IMG/VR virus record: IMGVR_UViG_3300045988_163070
Reading direction: 5' to 3' (one strand)
Length of the DNA: 64,000 bases
Source: a virus
The position numbers were made by a program, and so were the translations under genes. The stretch's first letter is position 1. Each line of letters starts with the position of its first letter. Of this stretch, positions 45,801 through 54,806 are shown one piece after another. A model generated the notes under the pieces. That model did no database searches and was not told the DNA's origin. It saw only the letters and a program-made list of their open reading frames with translations.

Positions 45801-47395
45801 TCATCCTTGACTTTAGCTCCAGAAACGGCTGTTACTGCTGTTTCTTTTGTATAGAAGCCAGTATTTAAAGGATGAAGTTTAGTTACGTTATAAAAGCCAC
45901 TACCTGAACCGGAACCACCGGAGATTTCTTCCCACTCACTCCACTTCTCACCTGTCATCTTACGTTGTTTCAACACACCACCGGTATAATACGTAGACAG
46001 GAAGATTTGGGTAATGGCATCATCCTCACCGTACCGGGACACAACTAAAATATCACTTGAATAAGTGTCTGCATCAGCCACAATATAATAGCCGGAGTTA
46101 ACAACAGAATCAATATCAGTATAAAGGACTGTATTGAAAAAATGAAGCATATCTATATTTGACAGATTCTTGTAGAAATCCTCTTCAGTACCCTTATACC
46201 CTTTGCCTTTTGCATCTTCATAGGTATTAACCTCATTCCATGAGTCCGGTACATAATCACTGCCGACATATACATAAGTATGATATTTACCTACTTTATC
46301 TAAGAATGAACATTTGATACCAATGTTCCTTAGCTCAATAGGAACAAGGTATATAGCCTTATCTAATGTGAATCTGTTTGTATTATCACTCGGATCGACA
46401 TGATATAAAGATACATTATAGTCAGTAACGCTCGTTATTCTCCAACTACCCCACTCTCCGTTTTTTCGCTGTCTCTGATATACGAACCCACACTCATAGC
46501 GTATTTGTTCATAAATGTTCTCATCAAGTATCGTAGTAGCCAAAAGACCTTTTATATCCTTGAATTCATTTCGTTCATCTTCATTATACCGATAAGTAAA
46601 CAAGCCGGCAGTACCAAACACCTCATCTAAATCTCTTAGATCGTTCAAGAAATCCAAGTCTATAACAATACTACCACAAACATTTATGGCTGCCAATAGT
46701 TTTTTCAATTCTCCCCAAACAGAGCCATCATCACTTTTAGATGTCTCTTTTGTTCCAAGAGCTTCCTGTAATTTAGCTTCGGTTGACATCCATTTCCCCC
46801 AAGTTGTGTTACCACTGGAAACAACACCACTCCGGGACAAAGTAATAACCGGTCCTACGGTTACTTCAGTAGCCGTACTGTTATTCATTGCATCAAGTTG
46901 GATGCACGATGTAAACGACTGATAAACATTATTGAGTCCCAACCGCTCTACTTGAATATTGAGAGGAATACTGGTAGAACCAGGCGCAAATACACAACGG
47001 TAATTTCCAACAGAGGAATTACCTTCATATAAAGAATTGAGTTTTGATTTTAAGTTAGCCAGTGAATCAATCGTACCCAAACTTTTAAAAGGATCAGTAA
47101 GAGGATTTGATTTTGTTGAAGTGCCTAATATCCTTTTCAACAGTTCAGCATCTCCTTCAGTTATACTCTTCTCTGCATCTGTAATACGATTCTTAAAATC
47201 CTCCAAATCTTTATTAATATAAGCGGATATAGCGTCAGTTAAATCCTGTACCAATATTTTCCGCCCACCACTAATCTCAACATACATATCATCAGACAAA
47301 GATTTCACGGCAGTAAGCTGCTCTATCGTGAAACTATTTGTCTTTAACGCTTGCAGCACAAGGCTGACAATCTGCTGTTTCTCCGTTTCTGTCAT
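39830..47395 (-). CDS. giant tail fibre / receptor-binding protein, DGR target (LamG-like, CotH-like, LRR, C-terminal CLec-type VR)
   Basis: 2521 aa. LamG-like (IELYVNGIRCG...LRNLRIYRRGLTDDE). CotH-like (DYLMAVDSRAKNMMFCTWDGVHWYILPYDMDTILGG). LRRs (LDLTNV..LNLSNC..LRVLNIS..LRELNLTGL). C-terminus RVVFRSNSNANPPGGVSYPNCGYDSSNASANYGSRLAFRG overlaps VR. Confidence 0.85.
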   Translation of the reverse strand: MTETEKQQIVSLVLQALKTNSFTIEQLTAVKSLSDDMYVEISGGRKILVQDLTDAISAYINKDLEDFKNRITDAEKSITEGDAELLKRILGTSTKSNPLTDPFKSLGTIDSLANLKSKLNSLYEGNSSVGNYRCVFAPGSTSIPLNIQVERLGLNNVYQSFTSCIQLDAMNNSTATEVTVGPVITLSRSGVVSSGNTTWGKWMSTEAKLQEALGTKETSKSDDGSVWGELKKLLAAINVCGSIVIDLDFLNDLRDLDEVFGTAGLFTYRYNEDERNEFKDIKGLLATTILDENIYEQIRYECGFVYQRQRKNGEWGSWRITSVTDYNVSLYHVDPSDNTNRFTLDKAIYLVPIELRNIGIKCSFLDKVGKYHTYVYVGSDYVPDSWNEVNTYEDAKGKGYKGTEEDFYKNLSNIDMLHFFNTVLYTDIDSVVNSGYYIVADADTYSSDILVVSRYGEDDAITQIFLSTYYTGGVLKQRKMTGEKWSEWEEISGGSGSGSGFYNVTKLHPLNTGFYTKETAVTAVSGAKVKDEEKPGMIITFEESAGKWKDYRFESNDITAFDQPAAWNEYGGAGAVKEITFNGEKHTPDESGGVSFNVEIPQTDESLDANSTNAIQNAPVTAKFNEIEANTVFTLESEVDEDNNTVKLSLKNKSGAEIASTEFQGGTGGGGGETGTATKIVLNASVDNSIIKEGGSSHLTYFYDHQYSSGDDKGESTGQKATLTIQMLRGAQTVYTETINDVSKGTYTLDLSKYLLLGTTDIYVKATTTDPEGKKQTKQAYTSVKVITLSLSSTYNIASPVGGYAAGATASIPFTISGTGNKVVMLYVDGVQKDSKTITKSGQTNSSFSISMSDLLPGRHTVQMVAEMEASADLTVRSESIYLDIFKEGSSAPSIGMMHRFPDGRIFTDDHLTPRLEVGQYEKLQFDFVVYDPSKTPAEMSVYNNGTKTQTVSVPRTVQVYTNRFTEQGEYAMRFSCGNTEYDFLVHVAKSSIDIEEVQADLDLKLSAAGRSNTEENPAVWTDGEVTTKFTGFDWNSNGWTGDSLQLTNGATIEILKQPLANDAVSNGATYEFELKCSNVTDRNGVILSCMSGGIGFQMTTQEAKITASGGSSVNTLFASDLNLKIAFVIGKKSGTRLIELYVNGIRCGAKQYSQTESMKQEAPVNITVSSDAADIELRNLRIYRRGLTDDEELTNYMVDRPTSEEMVVLFQKNDVMNDDGSDVDIEKLRVQGKSVMRFVGDVELVNATNNKKFEVPVDVYFYSAYGKEYDFVLRNAGLRIQGTSSTTYPRKNYRIYFERFDKYGTTLEVNGVDVPDLMYSFKPGAKRVGIFCLKADFSDSSSTHNTGGVRLVNDTWKKCGWLTPPQEIDGSVRIGVDGFPMDLFYDNDNTGVNTYLGKYNFNNEKSDSHNVYGFEGIAGFNDLAALNGDRNKCICLEFLNNSHPLCLFGTSNITAENFADGLEFRFKPDKTWEDADQEDKDAVTRLWTWINSVKNDPARFRAECADYFNVNSLFGWYIITDYLMAVDSRAKNMMFCTWDGVHWYILPYDMDTILGGRNDSVLKYDYTMTWETFDDSIGSYAMAGHDSILWKLVRSWPEKLQEVAGNIRSNMSTEYVLDIFNNQLMGNWCERIYNKDGEYKYIKPLTEGVTTSEGTKYYDYLYALQGSRYAHRTFTIQNRFALLDSQYLAGTYRQDSFPIYFGYKFSTDKRKVKITASERYYFGYGYTSGEPKQSGVLAEDAGSIVELTLDTDLIVNDPQYFYGASRMLGLDLTNVSHAIVGTLNLSNCVALRVLNISCSATQKTMNALLVDKCKNLRELNLTGLQSENFTSMDLSSNSKLETFRAGKSALTGVSFAPGSPLSVAVLPATLQTLELRYLNKLSNDNLTLEGTVNTNRLVVDSCALIDWQRLLTACPAVRYLRITGIDMEGDGTLIRNLMEMGGVDENGGNVSSCRLVGTYRLTRSMTDEEYEAAVAHFPELTIIQPKYTMIEFDDTVADDANISNLDNLTGYKYGNSYVANGHITKILAKRHRVLGKQTEKGKMVICNLHDENSNYYADSEKISGATPAKLDSTEGDLWMYEPHYWYKGINDYLNNKKYTCYSSNTEIPDIPVCDKVYLSNIRESGLYKEKSKILIGRATLTDSYSSDTNYSVCGVDVSKHKRVRFPTTLGTGLIGSIFVDASGNVIKDLTVPSLNNKFAEGMYLIADVPERAAFLYFTIFNNAEFDLVVLSNSDKIEDMEPDWVEHLPCLTGVGEAISIGNSLYSAFNTSASVGSMSQSDFHYYAQQRNLQLVDWEMHKDVANLFYAAYGRRDAQDQCGYGQNTNNRIVGTTAVIGMQDTVSYDSDGVHKTEYSWYISKDADGRIVHTRIPSSNCMGYESWYGDKYEWMDKVGLPNTNAQEQYKLNIEMPDGTVRKVRSGTTGGFATGMVHQKYCDVIAAFSQAGSSTTYYCDEFQPSAAASRVVFRSNSNANPPGGVSYPNCGYDSSNASANYGSRLAFRGQIEVAESVEAYKSLKSES
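39898..40008 (-). repeat. DGR variable repeat (VR) inside the 3' end of the fibre gene
   Basis: Differs from TR at 6 positions. Five of these are adenines in TR (gene sense): AAC to AGC, AAC to CCC (2 nt), AAC to TAC twice. The sixth is G to C. Confidence 0.88.
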
Positions 47396-47417
47396 AATTA
47401 TTCTTTTAATGAATTAT

Positions 47418-47855
47418 CTAATCATTATCATATACCCACGTTAACTCAATGGTCATACCAATATTATCAATATCATAGTCATACATGTAATCAAGATAAA
47501 GCTGGAATTCTTTTCCGGTACCTACATCTCCGGCATCTACTCCCTTTAAAATATAGACTCCATCTCTACTAACTACACTACCCTCAATAAGATTACTATA
47601 TGGACCACCTGTGTATAGAATGGCACGTAAATTTATCAAACTGTCATCCAAAGAACTTTTCAAGCTATCAAGTCCGGTTATCACCAGTTTACCATAACCT
47701 TTCCTGCCAATATACTTACTGTCTATGTCAGTAGTCTTAATGGTGATTAAATCCCAATATGATTGTTCATCACCGCCCGGATGATGAATACTGTTCACTG
47801 TGATCATTGTATCACTGTTGATAGAAGTGCCAGTATTTGGAGTAGCATTAGACAT
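47418..47855 (-). CDS. virion structural protein (fibre/baseplate region)
   Basis: 145-aa ORF between baseplate-region genes and the fibre gene. The call is positional only. Confidence 0.45.
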   Translation of the reverse strand: MSNATPNTGTSINSDTMITVNSIHHPGGDEQSYWDLITIKTTDIDSKYIGRKGYGKLVITGLDSLKSSLDDSLINLRAILYTGGPYSNLIEGSVVSRDGVYILKGVDAGDVGTGKEFQLYLDYMYDYDIDNIGMTIELTWVYDND

Positions 47856-47878
47856 ATTGATATAAGTTCCAATTTCTG

Positions 47879-48733
47879 CTACAGGTTTTCTGTACCAAAT
47901 TTGATACTACGCATATCCCCAGTATCCGTTTTTCTGTAATTATCACCTTGTACACGTCTCATCGCAACCTGATTATTCCATTCCAAAACAGGATCAAGCG
48001 ATTTTATCTGCTGTAACTGCTGATTGAAGACAAAGCTTTTCAATCCCTCGATTTCTTGATTCAATTCAGGAACACCACCGTCTTTTCTTGCATAACGTAC
48101 ACCATCAAAATAGATATAGTTACAGCATAGAATACGGTTAAGAAAGTCAGCAAACCACACTGGGCAACCAATAGAATTACCTAAAGTAAATATCTTCTGT
48201 GTAGCTTCACGGCTATACAATTCTACGATATCACCATCAGCAGTGGTAAACTGTTCGTTATCTACTGTGAATGACCAGTTATTATCTTTGAATCCACCGG
48301 GGGCACGGAAATCGAAGAAATATTGCATACCATCAATCCAAAAGATACAATCCGTCCGTTGTCGGTTATCTTTCATTGAATACTGTATTACAGTAGTCTC
48401 ATTAAGTTCGGCACTATCATTCGTAACTTTGAATATCTCACTCCAGGAATCACCAATTAACACATCGTAGTAACCGCTATTCAGCCCTGTAATAATGTGA
48501 AAGTAGATTATCTGATTATTATTCATATTCCATGTGTGCCACTCAATAGAATCCTGACGTTCATTAATTAAATCTCGTACAACCAAGGCAGGCACTGCAT
48601 CTGATTTGTCACCTATCAACTCAATGAATATGATATCAGAGCTTGCAAATTTCTGAATGTATTTACTCTTCGCACCGAACCGGTCCGTAGTAGGGTTAAA
48701 AAACAAAGGGGTAAAAGGACTTATTTTCAACAT
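47879..48733 (-). CDS. baseplate/tail-tip protein (positional)
   Basis: 284-aa ORF in the tail-tip gene string. Confidence 0.45.
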   Translation of the reverse strand: MLKISPFTPLFFNPTTDRFGAKSKYIQKFASSDIIFIELIGDKSDAVPALVVRDLINERQDSIEWHTWNMNNNQIIYFHIITGLNSGYYDVLIGDSWSEIFKVTNDSAELNETTVIQYSMKDNRQRTDCIFWIDGMQYFFDFRAPGGFKDNNWSFTVDNEQFTTADGDIVELYSREATQKIFTLGNSIGCPVWFADFLNRILCCNYIYFDGVRYARKDGGVPELNQEIEGLKSFVFNQQLQQIKSLDPVLEWNNQVAMRRVQGDNYRKTDTGDMRSIKFGTENL

Positions 48734-48739
48734 AATATT

Positions 48740-50647
48740 TTAAGCTTTAGAGATAGATTTCACTATAAGTTCATATTTAAGCCCGTCAAACCGTTCTATT
48801 TGTCCGTCTGCTTCACTCAAAAATCCCTTATACAAATACTCATCTTTAACAAGAGTAATTATACCATCCACAGGAGAAGGAATAACTTCATCATAGGTAT
48901 TAAATCCAACTTTACCACAAGTGGCCAACTTTTCAGATATCACAAAATTATCTTTTAACGCAATGTTGTTAATCACAACATCACTGTTGCCATCAGAAGA
49001 AGTAAATTCAAGCTTATCAGCGCTAATACCAATATACTTGCTGTTTGCAAGCAACATAGCACGCTGGTTATACATCACATTAAACATCTTATCCGGATTC
49101 AACACGCCGCTGATATTCCATCCGGTTCTAATGAGTTTATAGCACATCACCCCAGACGTTAATATAGAATCAGCAGCTCCAACAAAAAACACGTCATTAT
49201 CACTTTCATTATCAGTAGTATTCTTACCTCTCTTTTGTGCTAAGAACTCAATACCATAGGCATCTGCACGATAAGGACTAATAAGCTCCAGTTTATTATC
49301 AGTAATATCTACGCCAGTCATGTATTCTGTCGTAAACCGGAATTCATCACGTCCGTTAATGGAATCATAATCCTGTTTGTCATAGCCGACACGAACAGAC
49401 GAATAAATCAGCTTCTCATCAACAGAATAAGTAAATTCAGTATGGTCGACTTCAAATTCTTTGATTATACTTGTGGAAAACAGTGTATCTCTGTGAACGA
49501 ACTGAACAATATTTCCATCAATTACAGGAACAAAGCCGAACACAGATTCCATCCAGTCAACAAACTTTGTATAAGAAGTATATAACTTCGCATCTGGTAT
49601 GCCACGAATACTTTCAGCAGCTACTATAACACAATTATCAAGTCTGGAATCATAATTGCTTGCAATCTTACCGGTAATGCCTTCTTTTCCTCCATTGATA
49701 CTTTTAAGCAAACAATTCAATACCCTTGTAGGTGTTATTGCATCAATGTAGATAGGATCACTGATAGAATTATAAGTTACCTTAAACTCTTTAATCTTCT
49801 TAATGTTGATTTTTGCATAAGTAGTATGAGAAGCTTTCAAACTGATAGAAAAATACACCATCTTTCTTTGACCATAAGAATCAAATGAAGCCTTACTCAC
49901 GCTAATGCTCAATATTATTGTTTTAGTTTCTCCTTTACTGATATTCACTGCTTGAGTATTCCCACAAGAGGAAAGAGTGAATGTTGCATATTCAGCATCC
50001 CCGCTATTCTCATATTCAACATCCATTTCCACATAAGCCTTAATGCCCGATGCCGGGACACCGAGCAGATCAGCAACTACGCCTTTTTCTCCTTTGTCAT
50101 ATTCAAGATAGCCTCCTTTGGATATCTCATTACTATAACTGGAAACATAGACATCTGCAAGTTCAATGGGGTTTACGGTATATGTATCACCAATAGAGAA
50201 GTTTAGTATATTTTGCATATCTAGCCTATCATAATATAGCTGATGCACTGCCTTTATTTCATCTACAAGATACTCGTATTGTGTTCCCTTGTTAGCCTTA
50301 ATAAGAGTAGCAGTACTATTATCAACCGTATTCATTGATATCGTATAGCCCGAATTATCGAAGGTACCGAAATCCAGTTTACTATTGATAACAATATCAT
50401 AGGTGTGCTGATTATTGATTTCGTAAATTGCGATCCGAGCGTCTGCAAACAGATATTTTTCTACCCATTCATCGAGAAGCAACTCATAAGCTTCTCCTAC
50501 AAACTCAAACTTAGATGTGAATGTTCTAATAACTCCACCGAATCCATCACGTTTGAGTGTACGTTTTATCTCATCCCAATTCCGGATACAAGATTTAGGA
50601 AGTTCATGCGTGGTACCAGCTACTGTAAGAACATATTTGCAAAGCAT
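48740..50647 (-). CDS. baseplate/tail-tip protein (positional)
   Basis: 635-aa ORF. First structural gene after the moron block. Confidence 0.45.
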   Translation of the reverse strand: MLCKYVLTVAGTTHELPKSCIRNWDEIKRTLKRDGFGGVIRTFTSKFEFVGEAYELLLDEWVEKYLFADARIAIYEINNQHTYDIVINSKLDFGTFDNSGYTISMNTVDNSTATLIKANKGTQYEYLVDEIKAVHQLYYDRLDMQNILNFSIGDTYTVNPIELADVYVSSYSNEISKGGYLEYDKGEKGVVADLLGVPASGIKAYVEMDVEYENSGDAEYATFTLSSCGNTQAVNISKGETKTIILSISVSKASFDSYGQRKMVYFSISLKASHTTYAKINIKKIKEFKVTYNSISDPIYIDAITPTRVLNCLLKSINGGKEGITGKIASNYDSRLDNCVIVAAESIRGIPDAKLYTSYTKFVDWMESVFGFVPVIDGNIVQFVHRDTLFSTSIIKEFEVDHTEFTYSVDEKLIYSSVRVGYDKQDYDSINGRDEFRFTTEYMTGVDITDNKLELISPYRADAYGIEFLAQKRGKNTTDNESDNDVFFVGAADSILTSGVMCYKLIRTGWNISGVLNPDKMFNVMYNQRAMLLANSKYIGISADKLEFTSSDGNSDVVINNIALKDNFVISEKLATCGKVGFNTYDEVIPSPVDGIITLVKDEYLYKGFLSEADGQIERFDGLKYELIVKSISKA

Positions 50648-50751
50648 TTTTATAGGGTTAAAACTTTCATGGGCAAATATAAAGAAAAAGCCAACCGGTT
50701 TCCCGATTGGCTAAATTCTTGAAAATAACACTTTGCGAAAACGTTCTATAA

Positions 50752-50940
50752 CTACCTGTCTTTCAACACCATTTCTATGCCAAGGAACAAAAACGACTTT
50801 TCGACATTCGCCAAGCTAATTTTTCCATTGCCTTTTAAAAAGGCATTGAGAGAACTTCTATTTATATCCAAATGCCTGGCTAATTCAATCTGCTTTATTC
50901 CCCTTTTCTTGAGGGCCTCAATTATAATTTCACGTATCAT
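50752..50940 (-). CDS. small XRE/Cro-like HTH protein
   Basis: 62 aa. GIKQIELARHLDINRSSLNAFLKGN. Confidence 0.65.
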   Translation of the reverse strand: MIREIIIEALKKRGIKQIELARHLDINRSSLNAFLKGNGKISLANVEKSFLFLGIEMVLKDR

Positions 50941-51257
50941 AAATAGTATTTTGAGACAAATATATGATTCTTGAACGACAATTCGCCCCAGATGTGGGGC
51001 AAATGTCTAACCTCTTTCAGATTTTTGTTTCCAAAGGCACATTCTCAAAGGGTTCGCATCGAAAACTAAGCCATGCGCATTTATTTTTATTCTCCTAACA
51101 AATAAACAATATTTTCATCAATGGATATTTCACCTATTGCTTCGTTTGAGTGATCAGCACTTAACAGTCGAACTTCTTTTGATTTATCTTCAATTTGAAT
51201 CAGCTTATTTATTAGCTCTTGTACTATCATTATTAAATTCCTCCCTTATTTATTATG

Positions 51258-51470
51258 CTAATCAAGTTGTTTATAACTAAATATTGGCATTTTTTTAGGC
51301 CGTGGACATTCTTTTAGGTAGTTTCTATCTTTTGCAATAACATCCCGCAAAGTGCTTTTCTTTAACGCTTTCTTTTGTTTTCGAGGAAGTCTTATTAATT
51401 TTTTGTATCCGTAAATACCACCTACAATATGCCACATAGTGAAATCAATTCTTAATCCTTCGTACATCAT
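51258..51470 (-). CDS. small hypothetical protein
   Basis: 70-aa basic ORF. Confidence 0.35.
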   Translation of the reverse strand: MMYEGLRIDFTMWHIVGGIYGYKKLIRLPRKQKKALKKSTLRDVIAKDRNYLKECPRPKKMPIFSYKQLD

Positions 51471-51578
51471 TGTTTATAGTTTTATTTGAACATTTTATGC
51501 AAAGATAAATAATAAGCGGTAAATCCAATGTAGAAAAGAGCTAATTCCTACTTAGTAAGACTCGGTTTACCTCATTTT

Positions 51579-52313
51579 CTATTCTATAATACGGTCAATC
51601 CTTTCTTGCTCTTTTTTAACAAAATCATATAATTCCTTTTCAAAAGCTTGTTTGTGACCTTGGACTTGCCTTGATATTTCTGATTCAAAAATGTTCATTA
51701 CATCCTTGGCTATATCTACTATATTTGTTCTTTGTTTATGAATACCCTCTATTATCAATTTATAATTAGGATCTATCTTTTTACACTCTTCTTCCATCTG
51801 AGTTACTATATTTGCAATATTTACCTCCCGTTCCTCTGCCGTGAGTTTATCTTCAGATTCTAAAAACATATGTAGTAAGTTGATACATTTTACCCATAAT
51901 CCATAAGTTTCTCTGGTTTTATTTAGGTGGACTAATAATGGATTCGCAACAGGATAGTTTTTTAGTTTTATTAGTTGAATCCTTAACCGGATATTATTCA
52001 ATTGATCTTGATCTGCCATGCGGTCAATTTTGCGTCTATCCTCTGTCGTAAATGTTTTATCTATCCACTTTGAAGAAAAGTCAAGAATATCAATAGGCTT
52101 CATGGAGTGACTAATATCTAAAATATTATTTACCATTTCATCAAGCCTTTTTTGTTCTTGTTCTCTACGAATTAATAAAACTTGAAGTTTGCGATTCTCT
52201 CTATTTTGTTTATTAGATACGCTTATAGACCTAAAAGCAATTATCATAGCAATTGCAGTTGCTATTGATCCTATAGCAGTCCAATCAATTGTATATAAAT
52301 CAACATTCATCAT
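51579..52313 (-). CDS. membrane-anchored coiled-coil protein
   Basis: 244 aa. One N-terminal TM (IGSIATAIAMIIAF), then a helical region rich in charged residues. Flanked by AT-rich non-coding DNA. Confidence 0.55.
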   Translation of the reverse strand: MMNVDLYTIDWTAIGSIATAIAMIIAFRSISVSNKQNRENRKLQVLLIRREQEQKRLDEMVNNILDISHSMKPIDILDFSSKWIDKTFTTEDRRKIDRMADQDQLNNIRLRIQLIKLKNYPVANPLLVHLNKTRETYGLWVKCINLLHMFLESEDKLTAEEREVNIANIVTQMEEECKKIDPNYKLIIEGIHKQRTNIVDIAKDVMNIFESEISRQVQGHKQAFEKELYDFVKKEQERIDRIIE

Positions 52314-52502
52314 ATTATAGTGTTCATTTGAATTTATTTCATAGTAGTTTCTATTTCATATTTCTACCGTATAAGTCAAGAAACTGTATAAGGAGCTTAT
52401 TACAAACACAAAGGTAACAATTTAAGAGAATAATGTAGAATTATCGTTTTTATTTATTTCATTTCTATCTTTAATTACTCCTTTTCAAACATACTAAAAA
52501 AC

Positions 52503-53102
52503 CTATATCCATTCAGGCTTTACCACTTCGTATCTTTCTTTTAAGTACTCATCCGTTCTACCATCCGGGCGTTGTTCTGAATAGATTATTTGCCCCGAAT
52601 CCCATTCAATATCAGACCATCGGAATCCGTCTTTTAACGGTTCGGGAGTATAATTTCGAAATATCAACATACCGCGTTCAGTACGTTCTATAATACTATC
52701 AGCGGTATCATATCCATCAATGCCATCCCACCCCGGTCGATTAGTCGGTCGGTAAATTATGCCATCTTCACGTGTCGGGTCAATGTCTGTGATTACTCCT
52801 TCATAACCAGAACAAGTTTCTATGAACTCTGCCCCAACATGAAGCCAGTATGGCAGTGTGAGCATTAGTGCGAGTTGCCGCTCTTTTTCTTCAGCAGCTT
52901 TCTTTTTCGCAAGCTGCATTGCTGCCCATCGAGCGCGTATCCTCAACACAGAGGAACTTACTTGCCGAAAAAGACGACAGGTGATTGTTTTGTATGGATC
53001 GAAATATATATTTTTCTTGTCACAGAAATATCGTAATCCATCAACAGGTTCAGCATCGTTGCAAAACTCGCAATCAGTGCATGATTTTTTTCTTCTTGTC
53101 AT
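52503..53102 (-). CDS. hypothetical protein with N-terminal Cys cluster
   Basis: 199 aa. CTDCEFC...FCDKK...TC. Confidence 0.5.
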   Translation of the reverse strand: MTRRKKSCTDCEFCNDAEPVDGLRYFCDKKNIYFDPYKTITCRLFRQVSSSVLRIRARWAAMQLAKKKAAEEKERQLALMLTLPYWLHVGAEFIETCSGYEGVITDIDPTREDGIIYRPTNRPGWDGIDGYDTADSIIERTERGMLIFRNYTPEPLKDGFRWSDIEWDSGQIIYSEQRPDGRTDEYLKERYEVVKPEWI

Positions 53103-53137
53103 ATTTAAAACTGTTACATTTCTTTATTTTTATTAAC

Positions 53138-53470
53138 TTAATACCTACTCAATAAGTTGTAAAACATTCGTTTCTTCTCAATGTATTTTAGTCCGTTCCT
53201 GCGAAGTCCCCTTTTAGTCCTGGACACAATCATTTGACAACCTCTAACGCCAACATATATGAAACACGAATGATGTCTTTTAGTTTCTTTAAAAGCCCAC
53301 CAAATCGCTTCACGACAATATCTGTAACTATCATTTTGAACACCTTCATAGCCTTTTCGCATTATGAAATGTCCAATTTCGTTAGCTTCTTCTTTTGAAT
53401 AGCAAATTGTAAATATATTATTCATATCTTTATTATTATATATGTTCACTAAAATCCTTAATACGCACAT
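53138..53470 (-). CDS. hypothetical protein
   Basis: 110-aa ORF. Confidence 0.4.
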   Translation of the reverse strand: MCVLRILVNIYNNKDMNNIFTICYSKEEANEIGHFIMRKGYEGVQNDSYRYCREAIWWAFKETKRHHSCFIYVGVRGCQMIVSRTKRGLRRNGLKYIEKKRMFYNLLSRY

Positions 53471-53629
53471 CTATCTGCTTTACCACTTCCTGTAAGATGC
53501 TAATACATTCATCAACCGGATATTCAGCTAACAGATCGTCGATATTTTGAATGATATCATTGGCTGCAATACTATTACTCATCTATTCTGTTATTAGTTG
53601 TTTCCAAAATGGAAAACTCTGATTCATAT

Positions 53630-53845
53630 TTAAAAATTGGGGTTCTCTAATGCTTCTGTAAGTTCTTCTTCAGTAATGCTCTCACAGATGTTTGAATCAT
53701 CTATGTAAACATTATATCCAGTCTCATTGCGAGACACTTCCAATACACGAACTTCACCGGTTGGTGATTCTACTCTATAAATTGTTTTCATATTTTCTGA
53801 AATTAAAAGGTTAGAACATAGTATCATCACACACAATAGCGTCAC
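53630..53845 (-). CDS. small hypothetical protein
   Basis: 71-aa ORF overlapping the end of the upstream ORF. Confidence 0.35.
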   Translation of the reverse strand: MTLLCVMILCSNLLISENMKTIYRVESPTGEVRVLEVSRNETGYNVYIDDSNICESITEEELTEALENPNF

Positions 53846-54086
53846 CGGCTATATAATCATCGGGAAAAATAGCACTATTCATTAATGCAATCCGAGTAGC
53901 CTCAACATTCAACTCAAAGTGGAATTTACCCTCCTCATTCATTATCATTATTTTATTAGGGCAAATATCAATGACTTGAACATAGCCATTTACTAAACTC
54001 TGCGCTTCTTTTAGGGTAAAGCAGTTCCCATTCACCGGAGAAATCTCAACTGTTTCTCCGGTAACTTTCAACAAAGTGGCTTTCAT
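53811..54086 (-). CDS. DUF3846-like protein
   Basis: 91 aa. MKATLLKVTGETVEISP...LKEAQSLVNGYVQVI...IMNEEG pattern, from memory only. Confidence 0.4.
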   Translation of the reverse strand: MKATLLKVTGETVEISPVNGNCFTLKEAQSLVNGYVQVIDICPNKIMIMNEEGKFHFELNVEATRIALMNSAIFPDDYIAGDAIVCDDTMF

Positions 54087-54090
54087 ATGC

Positions 54091-54345
54091 TTACCCTTCT
54101 GTGGTTAGTGTCAGGCAGATACTTTCAAGCATATCTCCCTTTTGCTTTTCCAGTTCAATACGGCTTGTTAGCTGCTGTAATTGTTGAGAAAGCATTTTTA
54201 TATTCCCAATATTACTCCCTTGATTAGTATGGGTGTTGAGGCTGTTATGTGTATCACCTATGAGCTGATTAGCTTGTGCTATGAGGGTAGCAAGCTCTTG
54301 CCTGCTATCCTCTTTTCTCTTTGAGTAGTATTCTAATGGAGTCAT
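54091..54345 (-). CDS. small coiled-coil protein
   Basis: 84-aa ORF. Confidence 0.4.
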   Translation of the reverse strand: MTPLEYYSKRKEDSRQELATLIAQANQLIGDTHNSLNTHTNQGSNIGNIKMLSQQLQQLTSRIELEKQKGDMLESICLTLTTEG

Positions 54346-54346
54346 A

Positions 54347-54679
54347 TCAATACACGGTTACAAGATTCTCAATTTTGAAGCTTCTAAACTCCTGCTTATC
54401 AACATCGAAGTAAGAGAAAGTCTTATAAGAAGGCTTTGTCATACGTTTACCCTTGTTTGTCGCACCTGCAGGCACATTTTTAAGAGTGCCGATAGCATAA
54501 CGAATACTGCCATTCACTTTCTCATAGGCGAATTTAACTTCACCGCTTCTCATTCTTTTAGCAAGTCTGTAAAGCTCCCACGCTTTTAGCAGACAATATT
54601 TCCAACTCTTTTTTGTTGTTGAAAGGAGGTGATGAGCATACTTCATCACTCTGGCTCTAAAATTAGACTTTGTTTCCAT
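54347..54679 (-). CDS. hypothetical protein (DUF2693-like)
   Basis: 110 aa. FAYEKVNGSIRYAIGTLKNVP...FSYFDVDKQEFRSFKIENL. Preceded by the TTGGTTTGACTT leader motif. Confidence 0.4.
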   Translation of the reverse strand: METKSNFRARVMKYAHHLLSTTKKSWKYCLLKAWELYRLAKRMRSGEVKFAYEKVNGSIRYAIGTLKNVPAGATNKGKRMTKPSYKTFSYFDVDKQEFRSFKIENLVTVY

Positions 54680-54806
54680 AATTCACTTTTTTTGGTTTGA
54701 CTTTTATGTTATTTGGTATTGCAAATATAGCCATTTGTTAGGTAATAGCCTAACAAAATAGATATTTTTTTTCTTCAACAGCCTTTTTCAAACCATTTTT
54801 AACGAA

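Noticed and set aside
39844-47222. Many 60-220-aa ORFs on both strands inside the fibre gene, for example 43857-44522 (221 aa, plus strand).
   Set aside because: All are nested in a continuous 7.6-kb ORF with recognisable domains. The antisense ORFs are low-complexity and have no start or regulatory context.
10809-54708. TTGGTTTGACTT copies as terminal inverted or direct repeats of an IS or MITE.
   Set aside because: All copies have the same orientation and the same position relative to downstream start codons. No transposase or target-site duplication is present. A promoter/leader motif is the simpler explanation.
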